A DNA stretch of 64,000 bases, from NCBI GenBank assembly GCA_039589315.1, contig JBDHHQ010000021.1, forward strand, positions 32,001-96,000, in the 5' to 3' direction. Positions 8,237-18,440 of this stretch are shown here, piece by piece; positions within the stretch are counted from its first letter, which is position 1, and every line of letters begins with the position of its first letter. The DNA comes from Gemmatimonadota bacterium. GTDB taxonomy: Bacteria; Gemmatimonadota; Gemmatimonadetes; Longimicrobiales; Gaopeijiaceae. The notes below the pieces were generated by a model. It was not told the origin of the DNA. It worked only from the letters and a program-made list of their open reading frames with translations, and did not search any database. The translations under genes and the position numbers were made by a program.

Positions 8237-9622
8237 TCATCTGGCCTTGGCGTCGGCGTCGCCCAGGTAGATCCGCCCCCCCTTCATGACCCAGGTCACT
8301 CGCTCCAGCTCGGTGATGTCCTCGAGCGGGTCGCCGGCGACGGCGATGAGGTCAGCGAGCTTGCCGGCCTCGACGGAACCGAGCCGGTCGTCCCAACCCA
8401 TGATCGTGGCATTGAGGCTGGTCGCCGCCACGATGGCGTCCATCTCGCTCTCGCCGAGCTCGATGCGGATCGCGAACTCTCGGGCGTTGTGGCCGTGGGG
8501 GAACACTCCGGCGTCCGTGGCGAACCCGATGGTGAGCCCTGCTTCCAGGGCCCGCTGGAAGGTGGCGTTCCGGTATTTCATCATCTCCCGGGAGCGCTCG
8601 ATCTCGGCGGGTGGGATGCCGAGCTCGGCCCCGTCGCGGACCACTACGGCCCCCACGTAGAGGGTGGGCACGTAGTACGTATAGCCGCTGGCCAGGAGCA
8701 TCCGGATCCCCTCGTCGTCCATCATCGAACCGTGGTCGATGGTGCGGACGCCAGCGCGGATCGCGGCCTTGATGCCCTCGGCTCCATGTGCGTGGGAAGC
8801 AACGAAGCGGCCCCATCGGTTTGCCTCCACCACGGCCACCGCGATCTCCTCGTCGGAGTACTGCTGAGCCCCCGGCGGGATGCCCCTGGACAGGACCGCA
8901 CCGGTGCTGAGGATCTTGATGAAGTCCGCGCCGTGCTTGAAGTTCGTGCGCACGGCCGCCCGGACCGCGTCGACCCCGTCGGCCAGGTTCCGTACGACGG
9001 GGACGTCTACGTAGATCGAGAACTGGCGGGCGTCGCCGGCGCCCCCCGTGGCTGACACGTAGTTGCCGGCCACGGACATCCTGGGCCCCGGTACGAGCCC
9101 CTCGTCGATGGCGTTCCGGAGGTCCACGTCGGTGTAGGGCCACGTCGGGCCCATGTCCCGCACGGTCGTGAAGCCGGCCTCGAGGGTGACACGGGCGTTG
9201 TAGGCGCCGGAGAGCGCGGCGTAGCCGGGCGTCGTGGTGACGAGCTCCTCCTCCCAGGTCACGTTGGTGCTGCCGGACAGGTGGGTGTGGAGGTCGATGA
9301 GGCCGGGCAGCACCGTGGCGTCGCCCAGGTCGATCACGCGAGCGCCCGACGGGATCGCGGATGCGTCACCGACGGCTCTGATGCGCTCGCCCTGGATCAC
9401 GACCGCACCGTTCTGGATGGGTGGGGCGCCCGTGCCGTCGATGATCCGAGCGGCACGGACCGCGAGGGTCTCGCCCTCCTGTCCCAGGGCCGGCAGGGGC
9501 ATGACGGCCAGGAGCCCCACCATCACCGACGCTGCGTGCACGCGGCGCCGGTCCGGGGTGAATCGGCGACGCCCACCGAGAGCGGGCGATACGGTCCGGC
9601 GGAGCTCATTCGAAGGAAGCAT
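8237..9622 (-). CDS. secreted metal-dependent amidohydrolase (Xaa-Pro dipeptidase-like)
   Basis: PGLIDLHTH, GFTTVRD, GADFIKI, SHAHG, IDHG, ATDAGV and GKLADLIAV motifs; RBS AGGAGAG before ATG 9622. Confidence 0.92.
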   Translation of the reverse strand: MLPSNELRRTVSPALGGRRRFTPDRRRVHAASVMVGLLAVMPLPALGQEGETLAVRAARIIDGTGAPPIQNGAVVIQGERIRAVGDASAIPSGARVIDLGDATVLPGLIDLHTHLSGSTNVTWEEELVTTTPGYAALSGAYNARVTLEAGFTTVRDMGPTWPYTDVDLRNAIDEGLVPGPRMSVAGNYVSATGGAGDARQFSIYVDVPVVRNLADGVDAVRAAVRTNFKHGADFIKILSTGAVLSRGIPPGAQQYSDEEIAVAVVEANRWGRFVASHAHGAEGIKAAIRAGVRTIDHGSMMDDEGIRMLLASGYTYYVPTLYVGAVVVRDGAELGIPPAEIERSREMMKYRNATFQRALEAGLTIGFATDAGVFPHGHNAREFAIRIELGESEMDAIVAATSLNATIMGWDDRLGSVEAGKLADLIAVAGDPLEDITELERVTWVMKGGRIYLGDADAKAR

Positions 9623-9746
9623 CGTCACGCTCTCCTGCATCTCGAGTCCGTGGGGCCGGTCGGCGCCCCGGAGGTCGTCGCCATCAAGTCGCAGCTGAGT
9701 GACCTGCACCCAGAGCCGGACGCCCGCGCCACCCCGCTCCCGGTCC

Positions 9747-12700
9747 TCATCCGATCGGGCCGTCCTGTTCGTCGTCCGAGATCACGGCCGTGTCCCGCTC
9801 CGGCGCCTCGATCATGGGCAGGCCCGCCTCCTGGATGCGGCGGTTCAGGTCGCTCACGTCTTCCTGGATGATCCGCTCAATCTCGCGGCTCAGGTCCTGA
9901 AGTGAGGTGTCGAACACCTCGATCCACTGGTCTTGCTGTGCGTTGGGCCCTTCACTCACGGTCCCCACGTCACCGAGCATCGCGCTGATCCTGTCCCGTA
10001 GCATGGCCGGTGACCGGTAGCCGCCGGGCTCGCTCACCAACTCCCCGCGGACCGTCTCCAGATCCTCGTGGATCGTGCGTGCGTCCCCCGCCAGGACCCC
10101 CGGCTGACCTTCCTCATCCTCGTAGCGATCGGCGAAGGTCTCCAGTCCCTCCTGGACCGCTTCGGCGTCCTCGATGGACGTGTCCGCGGCGTACCGCATC
10201 CGGGCCAGGCGCCGGGCGGCCTCCACCTGGGCGATGACGTCCGCCTCCGTAACGCGGGCCTCGGGGTCCATGCGGACCTGGAGAAGCTTGGTGAGCTCGG
10301 CCTCGCCCACCGCCAGCCGCACGGTGTAGACGCCCGGTGGCACGCGCACCAACGGATTGGATTGCGCAAAGGGATTCCCCCCACCGCCTTCGCCCATGGG
10401 ATCGTAGTCCAGCGCCCAGTGGACACGGTTCACTCCGGTGTGTCCGGTGGCCTCCAACGTCCGGATCACGCTCTCGCCATTCTCCACCGTGAGCGACACG
10501 TCGGCTTCCGGCTCCGCGTCCAGGTAGTACGAGATCGTGGCCACGCTACCCGGGTTGTCTCCCTTGAAGGCGCCTTGTGCCAGGAAGGGCTTGTTGAACT
10601 GCATCTGGAAGCGCGTGGCCGTGGGTGGATCGAACAGATAGGTGCCGGCCATCCGCCCCTCGGCCAGTTGCTGGAGGGGCGTGAGGTCGTCCAGGATCCA
10701 GATGCTCCGGCCGTGGGTGCCCACGATCAGGTCGTTGTCCCGGGGGTGGATCAGAAGGTCGTTCACCGGGGCGGGGGGCAGCGAGCCGCCGCTGAGCTCG
10801 GTCCAGCTCCCGCCCGCGTCGAAGGAGGCGAAGAGCCCGAACTCGGATCCCACGTACAGGAGGTTCGCGTTCATGGGGTCCTCCCGGACGACGTGCAGGT
10901 ACCCGAAGTCCGGCAGATCGGCCGTGATGTTCTCCCACGTCTGTCCGAAGTCCCGGGTGCGGAACAGGTAGGGTGCCATGTCGTCCAGCCGGTGCCGATC
11001 GAAGGAGGCGTAGGCCGTGCCGGCATCGTGATGGGACGCGTCGATGCGGGACACCCACGACTCGGGCGGCAGACCCGGCACGCTCTCGGTGACGTTGGAC
11101 CAGGTCGCTCCCCCGTCCTGGGTGACCTGCACCAGGCCGTCGTCCGTCCCCACCCAGACGACACCGGCCTGCACCGGCGACTCCGAGATGGTGTGGATGG
11201 TCGTGTGGTACTCGGCGCTGGTGTTGTCAGTCGTGATCGGTCCGCCCGATGCGATCTGCTTGGCGGGATCGTCGGTGGTCAGGTCGGGGCTGATCTCGGT
11301 CCACGACCGCCCCCCGTCGTCGGTCCGATGGAGGACGTTGGAGCCGAAATAGACCACCGTCGGATCGTGGGGCGACAGATGGATGGGTGAGTTCCAGTTG
11401 AACCGGTACGGGTGATCGCCGGCCGCGGCGCCCTGGAGTGAGACCGGATAGGGCTGGATGGACTGCTTCTCTCCGCTGGTCTGGTCCACCCGGACGATGT
11501 TCCCGTAGTGGGCGTTCGTGTAGACGGTGGTCCAGTCCGTGGGGTCGATCTGGGCGTAGTAGCCGTCGCCGAAGTGGATGATGTACCAGTTGTCGTTGAC
11601 CAGGCCCACGGTCTCCCGCGTCTCCGACGGGCCGCACCAGACTCCGTTGTCCTGGAGGCCGCCGCAGACCCAGTACGGATCCCGCATGTCCGCGCCGATC
11701 TGATAGAATTGGCCCAGTGGCACCCGGTTCAGGTATTGGAACGACTCTCCCCGGTCCCGGGACAGGTAGACGCCGCCGTCGTTCCCGTTGAGGATGAACC
11801 GGGGGTCCTCGGGGTCGATCCACATGGACTGGTGGTCGGGGTGAATGTCCTCGCCGAGCCGCTCCCAGGTGCGCCCGCCGTCCGTGGAGACCATCAGTCG
11901 GCCGCTGAGGGAGTAGAGGCGCTCGCTGGTGGCCGGGTCCACACGCATGTCGGTGAAGTAGAAGGGGCGGGAGTTCACGTTGCCGTCTTCGGTGACCACC
12001 CGCCACGTCCTGCCCCGGTCGTCGGAGCGCCAGACCTGGCCGTCGTGGGTGGACTCGATCATGGCGTAGACCACGTCGGCATCGCTCGGGGCTACCGCCA
12101 CGCCGATTCGCCCCAGCGCCCCCTCGGGTAAGCCGTTGTCGGGCGCCGCGTCGGTGAGCGCCTCCCACGTGTCGCCTCCGTCCGCCGAGCGCCACAGCCC
12201 GCTGCCCGGACCGCCGGAGCGGAAGTACCACGGCTGCCGGCGGAAGTCGTACATGGCGGCGTACAGGATCCTCGGGTTGGCCGGGTCCATGGCCAGGTCG
12301 GCCGCGCCCGTGGTGTCATCGACGTACAGGATTCTGTCCCACGTTGCACCGCCGTCGGTGGAGCGAAAGATGCCCCGATCAGGATGGTCCCCCCACTCGT
12401 GGCCCAGAGCGGCCACGTAGACGACGTCCGGATCGGTGGGGTGGATGCGGATCCGGGTGATCTTCTCCGTGCCGCCCAACCCCAGAGACGTCCAGGTCTC
12501 GCCGGCGTCCACGCTGCGCCACACCCCCCGACCCACTGAAGCGCTGTTCCGGGGGTTGCCCTCACCTGTGCCCACGTAGATGACGTTGGGATCCGACGGT
12601 GCTACGGCGATGGCGCCGATGCTGGGCACGCCGATCTCGTCGAAGATGGGCTCGAACGTGACGCCCCCGTTCCGCGTACGGAAGACGCCTCCCGACGCAT

Positions 12701-12902
12701 GACCGAAGTAGAACGTGAGCTGGTCGCCCGGGACGCCGGCGATGGCGGCCACCCGCCCGCCCATGATGGCGGGACCGATGGAGCGGAACTCCAGGGCGGC
12801 GAGGGCTTCGTCCGGCCCGTCCTGGCCCGTCAAGGCGGGCGGCCCTGCGAGCACGACGGAGAGGAGGAAGCTCAGGGCAGGCAGGATCAGTCGGACATGC
12901 AT
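9747..12902 (-). CDS. BNR/Asp-box repeat sortilin (VPS10)-like glycosyl hydrolase family protein
   Basis: Signal peptide, FRSIGPAIMGGRV, many S.DGG.TW Asp boxes, GGLQDNG, RFNWNSP, GTHGRS. Confidence 0.9.
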   Translation of the reverse strand: MHVRLILPALSFLLSVVLAGPPALTGQDGPDEALAALEFRSIGPAIMGGRVAAIAGVPGDQLTFYFGHASGGVFRTRNGGVTFEPIFDEIGVPSIGAIAVAPSDPNVIYVGTGEGNPRNSASVGRGVWRSVDAGETWTSLGLGGTEKITRIRIHPTDPDVVYVAALGHEWGDHPDRGIFRSTDGGATWDRILYVDDTTGAADLAMDPANPRILYAAMYDFRRQPWYFRSGGPGSGLWRSADGGDTWEALTDAAPDNGLPEGALGRIGVAVAPSDADVVYAMIESTHDGQVWRSDDRGRTWRVVTEDGNVNSRPFYFTDMRVDPATSERLYSLSGRLMVSTDGGRTWERLGEDIHPDHQSMWIDPEDPRFILNGNDGGVYLSRDRGESFQYLNRVPLGQFYQIGADMRDPYWVCGGLQDNGVWCGPSETRETVGLVNDNWYIIHFGDGYYAQIDPTDWTTVYTNAHYGNIVRVDQTSGEKQSIQPYPVSLQGAAAGDHPYRFNWNSPIHLSPHDPTVVYFGSNVLHRTDDGGRSWTEISPDLTTDDPAKQIASGGPITTDNTSAEYHTTIHTISESPVQAGVVWVGTDDGLVQVTQDGGATWSNVTESVPGLPPESWVSRIDASHHDAGTAYASFDRHRLDDMAPYLFRTRDFGQTWENITADLPDFGYLHVVREDPMNANLLYVGSEFGLFASFDAGGSWTELSGGSLPPAPVNDLLIHPRDNDLIVGTHGRSIWILDDLTPLQQLAEGRMAGTYLFDPPTATRFQMQFNKPFLAQGAFKGDNPGSVATISYYLDAEPEADVSLTVENGESVIRTLEATGHTGVNRVHWALDYDPMGEGGGGNPFAQSNPLVRVPPGVYTVRLAVGEAELTKLLQVRMDPEARVTEADVIAQVEAARRLARMRYAADTSIEDAEAVQEGLETFADRYEDEEGQPGVLAGDARTIHEDLETVRGELVSEPGGYRSPAMLRDRISAMLGDVGTVSEGPNAQQDQWIEVFDTSLQDLSREIERIIQEDVSDLNRRIQEAGLPMIEAPERDTAVISDDEQDGPIG

Positions 12903-13159
12903 GGTCGCGTCCCCCGGGATAACACGTGCAGGTCTGGGCAGGAAGAAGAGATTAGAATAGGGGGGAGGCCCCGTGCCGTCGATGCGGGGTAGCACCGAGT
13001 CCCTCCCGGGTCGGCTCGGGACCGGTCCCAGGATGGCGGCGGGGAGCGAGACCGCTAGCCGAACATGCGTGGTTCAGGACCCGGTCTCCAAGACCGATTA
13101 CACCGGAGCGAAGGATGTTCCCACAGGCTCATGGCGCGATCCGACCTGCGGCTCCGGCC

Positions 13160-13777
13160 GTGAACGAGGAATCCTCCGCTCGTCCGGTGCTGCTACAGCG
13201 AGGACGCCGTCTCGAATACCTGACCATCGGCTGGAACGTCGTGGAGGCCGGGGTGTCCATCGCCGCCGGCGTTGTGGCCGGGAGCACGGCGTTGATCGGC
13301 TTCGGCATCGACGCCGCTATCGAAAGCGCCTCGGGTGCCACGCTGCTCTGGCGACTGCAGGACTCGGAGCACGCTGAGGCCCGGGAGGAAACAGCGCTCA
13401 AGCTGGTGGGCCTGTCATTCCTGCTCCTGGCGGCGTGGGTGGCTTACGACGCCGTGCAGACGCTGCTTGCGCAGAGCGCACCCGACGCGAGCCCTGCCGG
13501 GATCGTCATCGCGTCCCTCTCGCTGGTGGTCATGCCCTGGTTGGCGTGGCGGAAGCGGCGGGTGGCCGCGCTTCTGTCGAGTCGAGCGCTGCAGGCCGAC
13601 TCGCGACAGACCTCGCTGTGCGCCTACCTCTCGGCGATCCTCTTGGGCGGACTCACGCTCAACGCCCTGTTGGGGTGGTGGTGGGCCGATCCCGTGGCCG
13701 CTTTGATCATGGTGCCGATCATCACGAACGAGGGGGTCGAGGCGCTCCGGGGAGAGCGGTGCGACGACAGGTGCTGA
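13160..13777 (+). CDS. cation diffusion facilitator-family transporter (TM domain only)
   Basis: LEYLTIGWNVVE, ALIGFGID..IE, ADSRQT..C and WWWADPVA motifs; no C-terminal cytoplasmic domain; start uncertain. Confidence 0.85.
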   Translation: MNEESSARPVLLQRGRRLEYLTIGWNVVEAGVSIAAGVVAGSTALIGFGIDAAIESASGATLLWRLQDSEHAEAREETALKLVGLSFLLLAAWVAYDAVQTLLAQSAPDASPAGIVIASLSLVVMPWLAWRKRRVAALLSSRALQADSRQTSLCAYLSAILLGGLTLNALLGWWWADPVAALIMVPIITNEGVEALRGERCDDRC

Positions 13778-14102
13778 GGATGGTCGCCGGATAGGAGCCG
13801 GGGGGTGCCGTGCAACGACGCGACGGGGATGGGCCTGGCCCCGCACAGCGACGCAGATCGAGCCCGCCGTCTCGGCGTCACTACCTTGTTCGGTCGTGCT
13901 CCCGTCCGCAAACTAATGCCCCGTTGGCGGAGGATCTCAGCCGGTCGGCGGCACGGGCCTCCGTCGGAGCTCGGTGCGCGGCCGCGGCCGCTGCCACGAC
14001 GCCTCACCCTGGTCCCGCGTGCACATTCCCCTTCGGTCCGTCAGTGTAGGGCCTTGGGCGACAGGGCTCGACGCCCGTACCTGTAACGGAGCAGCCTGAC
14101 CC

Positions 14103-15470
14103 ATGCGTTTCACCAGCACTGATCCATCGAGCGGCGAGGTGATCGCCGAGTATCCTTCGTTGACCGACGCCGAGGTAGCGGAGGTCCTGACTCGCGCGGA
14201 CATGGCGTTCCGGTCATGGCGGCGTGTGGATTCGTCCTCGCGGGCCCGAGTCCTGACCGCCACGGCCGGCGTTCTGCGTGACCGGCTGGAGGACCTCGCG
14301 CGCCTCGTGACGCAGGAGATGGGCAAACCCCTGGACCAGGCTCGGGCCGAGGTGGAGAAGTGCGCCTGGGTATGCGAGTACTACGCAGCCGAGGGGACGG
14401 ACCACCTCGCACCGGTCGCCGTCGAGACCGACGCGTTCCGCAGCATGGTGGCCTTCGAGCCCCTGGGTGTGATCCTGGCCATCATGCCGTGGAACTTCCC
14501 TTTGTGGCAGGTCGTGCGGTTCGCGGCGCCCACGCTGATGGCCGGCAACGCAGCCCTCCTCAAGCACGCGCCCACCACTCAGGGATGCGCACACGCCATC
14601 GAGGACGTGTTCCTCGAGGCCCGGCTTCCCGGCGGCGTCTTCCAGAACCTGCCCGTCGACGTGGACGCGATTCCCGGCATCATCGCAGACCCGAGGGTGG
14701 CAGCGGTCACGCTGACCGGAAGCACCCGGGCGGGTAAGGCGGTGGCTGCCACGGCGGGCGCCCACATAAAGAAGACGGTGCTGGAGCTGGGCGGGAGCGA
14801 CCCGTACCTGATCCTGGAGGACGCGGACCTGGATGCCGCGGCGGCCCAGTGCACGACCGGCAGGCTGATCAACTCCGGGCAGAGCTGCATCGCGGCCAAG
14901 CGGTTCATCGTAGTCGCGTCGGTCATGGACGACTTCAGGGAGCGGGTGCTGGCCAGGATGGGCGCGGCCGTGATGGGCGATCCCCTGAACCCGGCCACCC
15001 ACGTCGGCCCCATGGCGCGGAAGGACCTCCGGGACACGCTCCGCGATCAGGTGGCGCGTAGCGTCCGGGCCGGCGCCCTCTGTCTGCTCGGCGGCCAGGT
15101 CCCCGAGCGCCCGGGCTGGTTCTATCCGCCGACGGTGCTGAGCGACGTCCGCCCGGGCATGGCCGCTTTCGACGAGGAGCTGTTCGGGCCCGTCGCGACC
15201 CTTATCGAGGCGCGGGACGAGGTGGATGCGATCGAGTTGGCCAATCGGACACGCTACGGCCTGTCCGCTGCGGTCTTCACGCGCGACCTGGAGCGGGGCG
15301 AGCGGATCGCCCGGGAGCGCATCGAGGCCGGAGCCTGCTTCGTGAACGCGTTCGGCCGCTCCGACCCCCGCCTTCCCTTCGGTGGAATCAAGGAGAGCGG
15401 ATACGGTCGGGAGCTCTCGGAGTTCGGGATCCGGGAGTTCGTGAACATCAAGACCGTCTGGGTCGCTTGA
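14103..15470 (+). CDS. NAD(P)-dependent succinate-semialdehyde dehydrogenase family aldehyde dehydrogenase
   Basis: MPWNFP, LTGS, LELGGSDP, GQSCIA, EELFGP and PFGGIKESGYGRE motifs. Confidence 0.92.
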   Translation: MRFTSTDPSSGEVIAEYPSLTDAEVAEVLTRADMAFRSWRRVDSSSRARVLTATAGVLRDRLEDLARLVTQEMGKPLDQARAEVEKCAWVCEYYAAEGTDHLAPVAVETDAFRSMVAFEPLGVILAIMPWNFPLWQVVRFAAPTLMAGNAALLKHAPTTQGCAHAIEDVFLEARLPGGVFQNLPVDVDAIPGIIADPRVAAVTLTGSTRAGKAVAATAGAHIKKTVLELGGSDPYLILEDADLDAAAAQCTTGRLINSGQSCIAAKRFIVVASVMDDFRERVLARMGAAVMGDPLNPATHVGPMARKDLRDTLRDQVARSVRAGALCLLGGQVPERPGWFYPPTVLSDVRPGMAAFDEELFGPVATLIEARDEVDAIELANRTRYGLSAAVFTRDLERGERIARERIEAGACFVNAFGRSDPRLPFGGIKESGYGRELSEFGIREFVNIKTVWVA

Positions 15471-15480
15471 GGGGCGGACA

Positions 15481-16734
15481 ATGGAGGTCTTTCACGTCGT
15501 TGCGGCCCTCATGGCGCTGGCCGCCGTCTTCGCCTGGCTCAACCACCGCTACCTGAAGCTGCCGACCACGATCGGACTGCTGGTCATCTCCATGGTCTTC
15601 TCCCTGGCGATGGTTCTGCTCGGCGCGGCGGGGGTTCGCTTCCAGGGACTGCGCGACCTGCTCCTGGCGGTCGACTTCGACCAGGCGCTGCTCCACGGCA
15701 TGCTGGGAGCGCTACTGTTTGCCGGGGCGCTGCACGTCAACCTGGACGACCTGGCCGAGCAGAAGTGGGTGGTCCTACTGCTCGCCACCGTCGGCGTAAT
15801 CACGTCCACGGCGCTGGTGGGCCTGGGAACGTGGTGGCTGCTCGACGCCCTCGGCGTCGGGTTGCCCCTCGTCTTTTGCCTGCTGTTGGGCGCGTTGATC
15901 TCACCGACCGATCCCATCGCGGTGGGGGCGATTCTCCGAAACCTCGGCGCACCGCGGCGCCTCATGACCACAATCACCGGCGAGTCCCTGTTCAACGACG
16001 GGATCGGGGTGGTGCTGTTCCTCGTGCTCCTGGGGATCGCCACCGGTGGCCACGGGAGCGACGCGACGGCAGCGGGAGTGCTTCAGCTCCTCGTGGTGGA
16101 AGTGGGCGGTGGCGTCGTCTGGGGTGCGTTGCTGGGTCTCGTGGCGTACGGAATGCTGAAGAGCGTGGACAACTACCAGGTGGAGATCATGGTCACACTC
16201 GCCCTGGTGACCGCCGGCTACGCCATGGCCGACCGACTCCACATCTCCGGCCCCCTGGCCATGGTCGTGGCAGGGCTGCTGATCGGGAACCACGGTCGCC
16301 GATTCGCCATGTCCGAGCGCACCCAGGAGCGCCTGGACGGATTCTGGGAGCTGGTGGATGAGCTCCTTAACGCGCTCCTGTTCGTGATGATCGGCGTCGA
16401 GGTGCTCGTGCTCGCGTTCTCCATCCCTGCGGTCATCGCGGGGGTCGCCATGATCCCGCTGACCCTGGCCGCTCGCTGGATCGCCGTGAGCATCCCGCTC
16501 ACCGCCCTTCGGGGACGCCACGGCCTCCCGCGGCGGGCGGCCGAGATCCTGACCTGGGCGGGCCTCAGGGGCGGGATCTCGGTGGCACTGGCACTCTCCC
16601 TCCCGGCTGGTCCCGAGCGGGACCTGACGCTCACGATCACCTACATCGTGGTGGCGTTCTCCATTGTCGCTCAGGGGCTGACCGTAGAGGCTGTAGTACG
16701 GCGGTTGGTGGAGGATCCGCCGGCTGAAGGGTAA
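15481..16734 (+). CDS. nhaP: Na+/H+ antiporter (CPA1/NhaP family)
   Basis: SPTDPIAV, GESLFNDG and WAGLRGGISVALALSLP motifs. Confidence 0.92.
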   Translation: MEVFHVVAALMALAAVFAWLNHRYLKLPTTIGLLVISMVFSLAMVLLGAAGVRFQGLRDLLLAVDFDQALLHGMLGALLFAGALHVNLDDLAEQKWVVLLLATVGVITSTALVGLGTWWLLDALGVGLPLVFCLLLGALISPTDPIAVGAILRNLGAPRRLMTTITGESLFNDGIGVVLFLVLLGIATGGHGSDATAAGVLQLLVVEVGGGVVWGALLGLVAYGMLKSVDNYQVEIMVTLALVTAGYAMADRLHISGPLAMVVAGLLIGNHGRRFAMSERTQERLDGFWELVDELLNALLFVMIGVEVLVLAFSIPAVIAGVAMIPLTLAARWIAVSIPLTALRGRHGLPRRAAEILTWAGLRGGISVALALSLPAGPERDLTLTITYIVVAFSIVAQGLTVEAVVRRLVEDPPAEG

Positions 16735-16790
16735 GCCCGGCCCACGCCTATCCACTTGATGATCGGCGGCTTGGCCCCCACCATGCCCCG

Positions 16791-18302
16791 ATGACACAAG
16801 CTGCTACGACCGCGCCGACCGATCGCGCGCCCACCGGACTCATCCGGGAGCTGGGGCTGCTGGGCCTGGCCGCCACCGGCATCTGCTCGATGCTGGGGGC
16901 CGCTATCAACGTCATCCCCATCATGATCCACCGGAGCGTCCCGGGGATCGGCCCCAATGTGCTACCCGCCTACCTTTACGGCGCCCTCCCGGCGATCCTC
17001 GCAGCGCTGGCGTACGCAATCCTCGCCTCGGCCATGCCACGGGCAGGCGGGAGCTACGTGTACGCCAGTCGAGCGCTCCACCCTTATCTGGGCTTCGTCG
17101 CCAGTTTCTCCCAGTGGTTCGGCTTGTGCATCGCCATCGGGGTGGTCTCGTACGTAGTCGTGCCGTTCCTGCGGGACATAGCCGCGGCGCTCGAGATGAG
17201 TGGCCTGGCAGCCACGCTGGACGCGGGGCCGGCCCGAGTGGGGATCGCCCTCGCGTTCCTTTGGACCTTCGTAGGCGTCAACCTCCGGGGTGTGAAGCTC
17301 TACGAACGAACGCTGGTCCCACTCATGTTCCTCATGTTCGCTCTGGGGAGCATCGTGATCGTGGCGGGGTTCTCGTTCGACCACGCCGACTTCGCCGCGG
17401 CGCTCGCCGCGCGGGAGGGCGCCCAAGTCCCTGCCGATCCCGGCACGCCCTTCCGTCTGGGTCCGTTCCTGGCCGCGGCGGCGCTGCTGTTCTCGAGCTT
17501 CATCGGGTTCGACTCCATCGCCCAGGCCGGCGGCGAGGCAAGGAACCCCAATCGGGCCCTGCCCCTGGCGATCGGCATTGCCGTCGCCACGGTGGGCACC
17601 TTCTACATCCTCTTCACGGCGGCCGTGTACCACGCCGTCCCGTGGACCTTCGTGGCCGAGCGCGCGCAGGAGACGGACCTGACGGCCCCCGGGCTGTTGG
17701 GCTACGTGCTCCCCACCGGTTGGACCGTGGCGATCGTGGCCGGCGCCGCCATTGCCCTGATCAACGACCTCCCGGCCATGCTCCTGGCCGTCTCCCGGCT
17801 CATGTTCGCCTGGGCCGAGGACGGGATCTTCCCGAAGCAGGTGGCGAAGGTGCACGCGCGACGCCACACCCCACACGTGGCCATCGTGGCCAGCGGGCTC
17901 ATGGCTTCGGTGGGGATCCTGGGAAGCCACTTCGCCGGGGACTTCTTCCTGGGCGTGGACATCCTGGTCACGTCGATGCTGGTGAACTTCCTGCTGATGT
18001 GCCTCTCGGTCTTGATCCTGCCGCGGCGGAATCCCGAGTTGGCCGCCGAGGTCCGGGTGATCGGGTCCCGGCGGGGGCAGGTGCCCATCGCGGTCGGTGG
18101 CGTCGTGCTCCTGGGCATCTTCCTGGTCGTGCACGTCGTGAAGGACATGGGGGCTCCGGTGGAGGCGTGGTACTTCCGCTCCACGTGGCTCTGGATCCTG
18201 GTGATGGCGCTCGCCAGCGTGGTGTTCCTGAGGGAGTGGCGGGCGCTGGAGGCGAGCGGGGTGGACGTGAAGGCTCGGTTCGCCGAGCTGCCACCGGAGT
18301 AG
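16791..18302 (+). CDS. APC family amino acid permease
   Basis: About 12 TMs; MPRAGGSYVY, FIGFD..AQ.GGEARNP, SRLMFAWA.DG.FP and TPHVAI motifs. Confidence 0.92.
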   Translation: MTQAATTAPTDRAPTGLIRELGLLGLAATGICSMLGAAINVIPIMIHRSVPGIGPNVLPAYLYGALPAILAALAYAILASAMPRAGGSYVYASRALHPYLGFVASFSQWFGLCIAIGVVSYVVVPFLRDIAAALEMSGLAATLDAGPARVGIALAFLWTFVGVNLRGVKLYERTLVPLMFLMFALGSIVIVAGFSFDHADFAAALAAREGAQVPADPGTPFRLGPFLAAAALLFSSFIGFDSIAQAGGEARNPNRALPLAIGIAVATVGTFYILFTAAVYHAVPWTFVAERAQETDLTAPGLLGYVLPTGWTVAIVAGAAIALINDLPAMLLAVSRLMFAWAEDGIFPKQVAKVHARRHTPHVAIVASGLMASVGILGSHFAGDFFLGVDILVTSMLVNFLLMCLSVLILPRRNPELAAEVRVIGSRRGQVPIAVGGVVLLGIFLVVHVVKDMGAPVEAWYFRSTWLWILVMALASVVFLREWRALEASGVDVKARFAELPPE

Positions 18303-18440
18303 AGGGGACGTGTTCATGAAGATACCACCTGCCAGGGCGTGCAGAGTCGGCCTCACACCGGACATGGTCCCTGTCCGGGCTCCCGCCGCACCGGGCACAG
18401 GATCCGCCTCGGGTGGGCGCCAGGGGCGGGCGCGCTGACC

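Noticed and set aside
18303..18440. Possible cobalamin riboswitch or leader peptide upstream of the RdhA-like gene (hairpin CCGGACA-N7-TGTCCGG; 40-codon ORF)
   Set aside because: No B12-box or other conserved riboswitch elements are visible, and the short ORF has no recognisable features.
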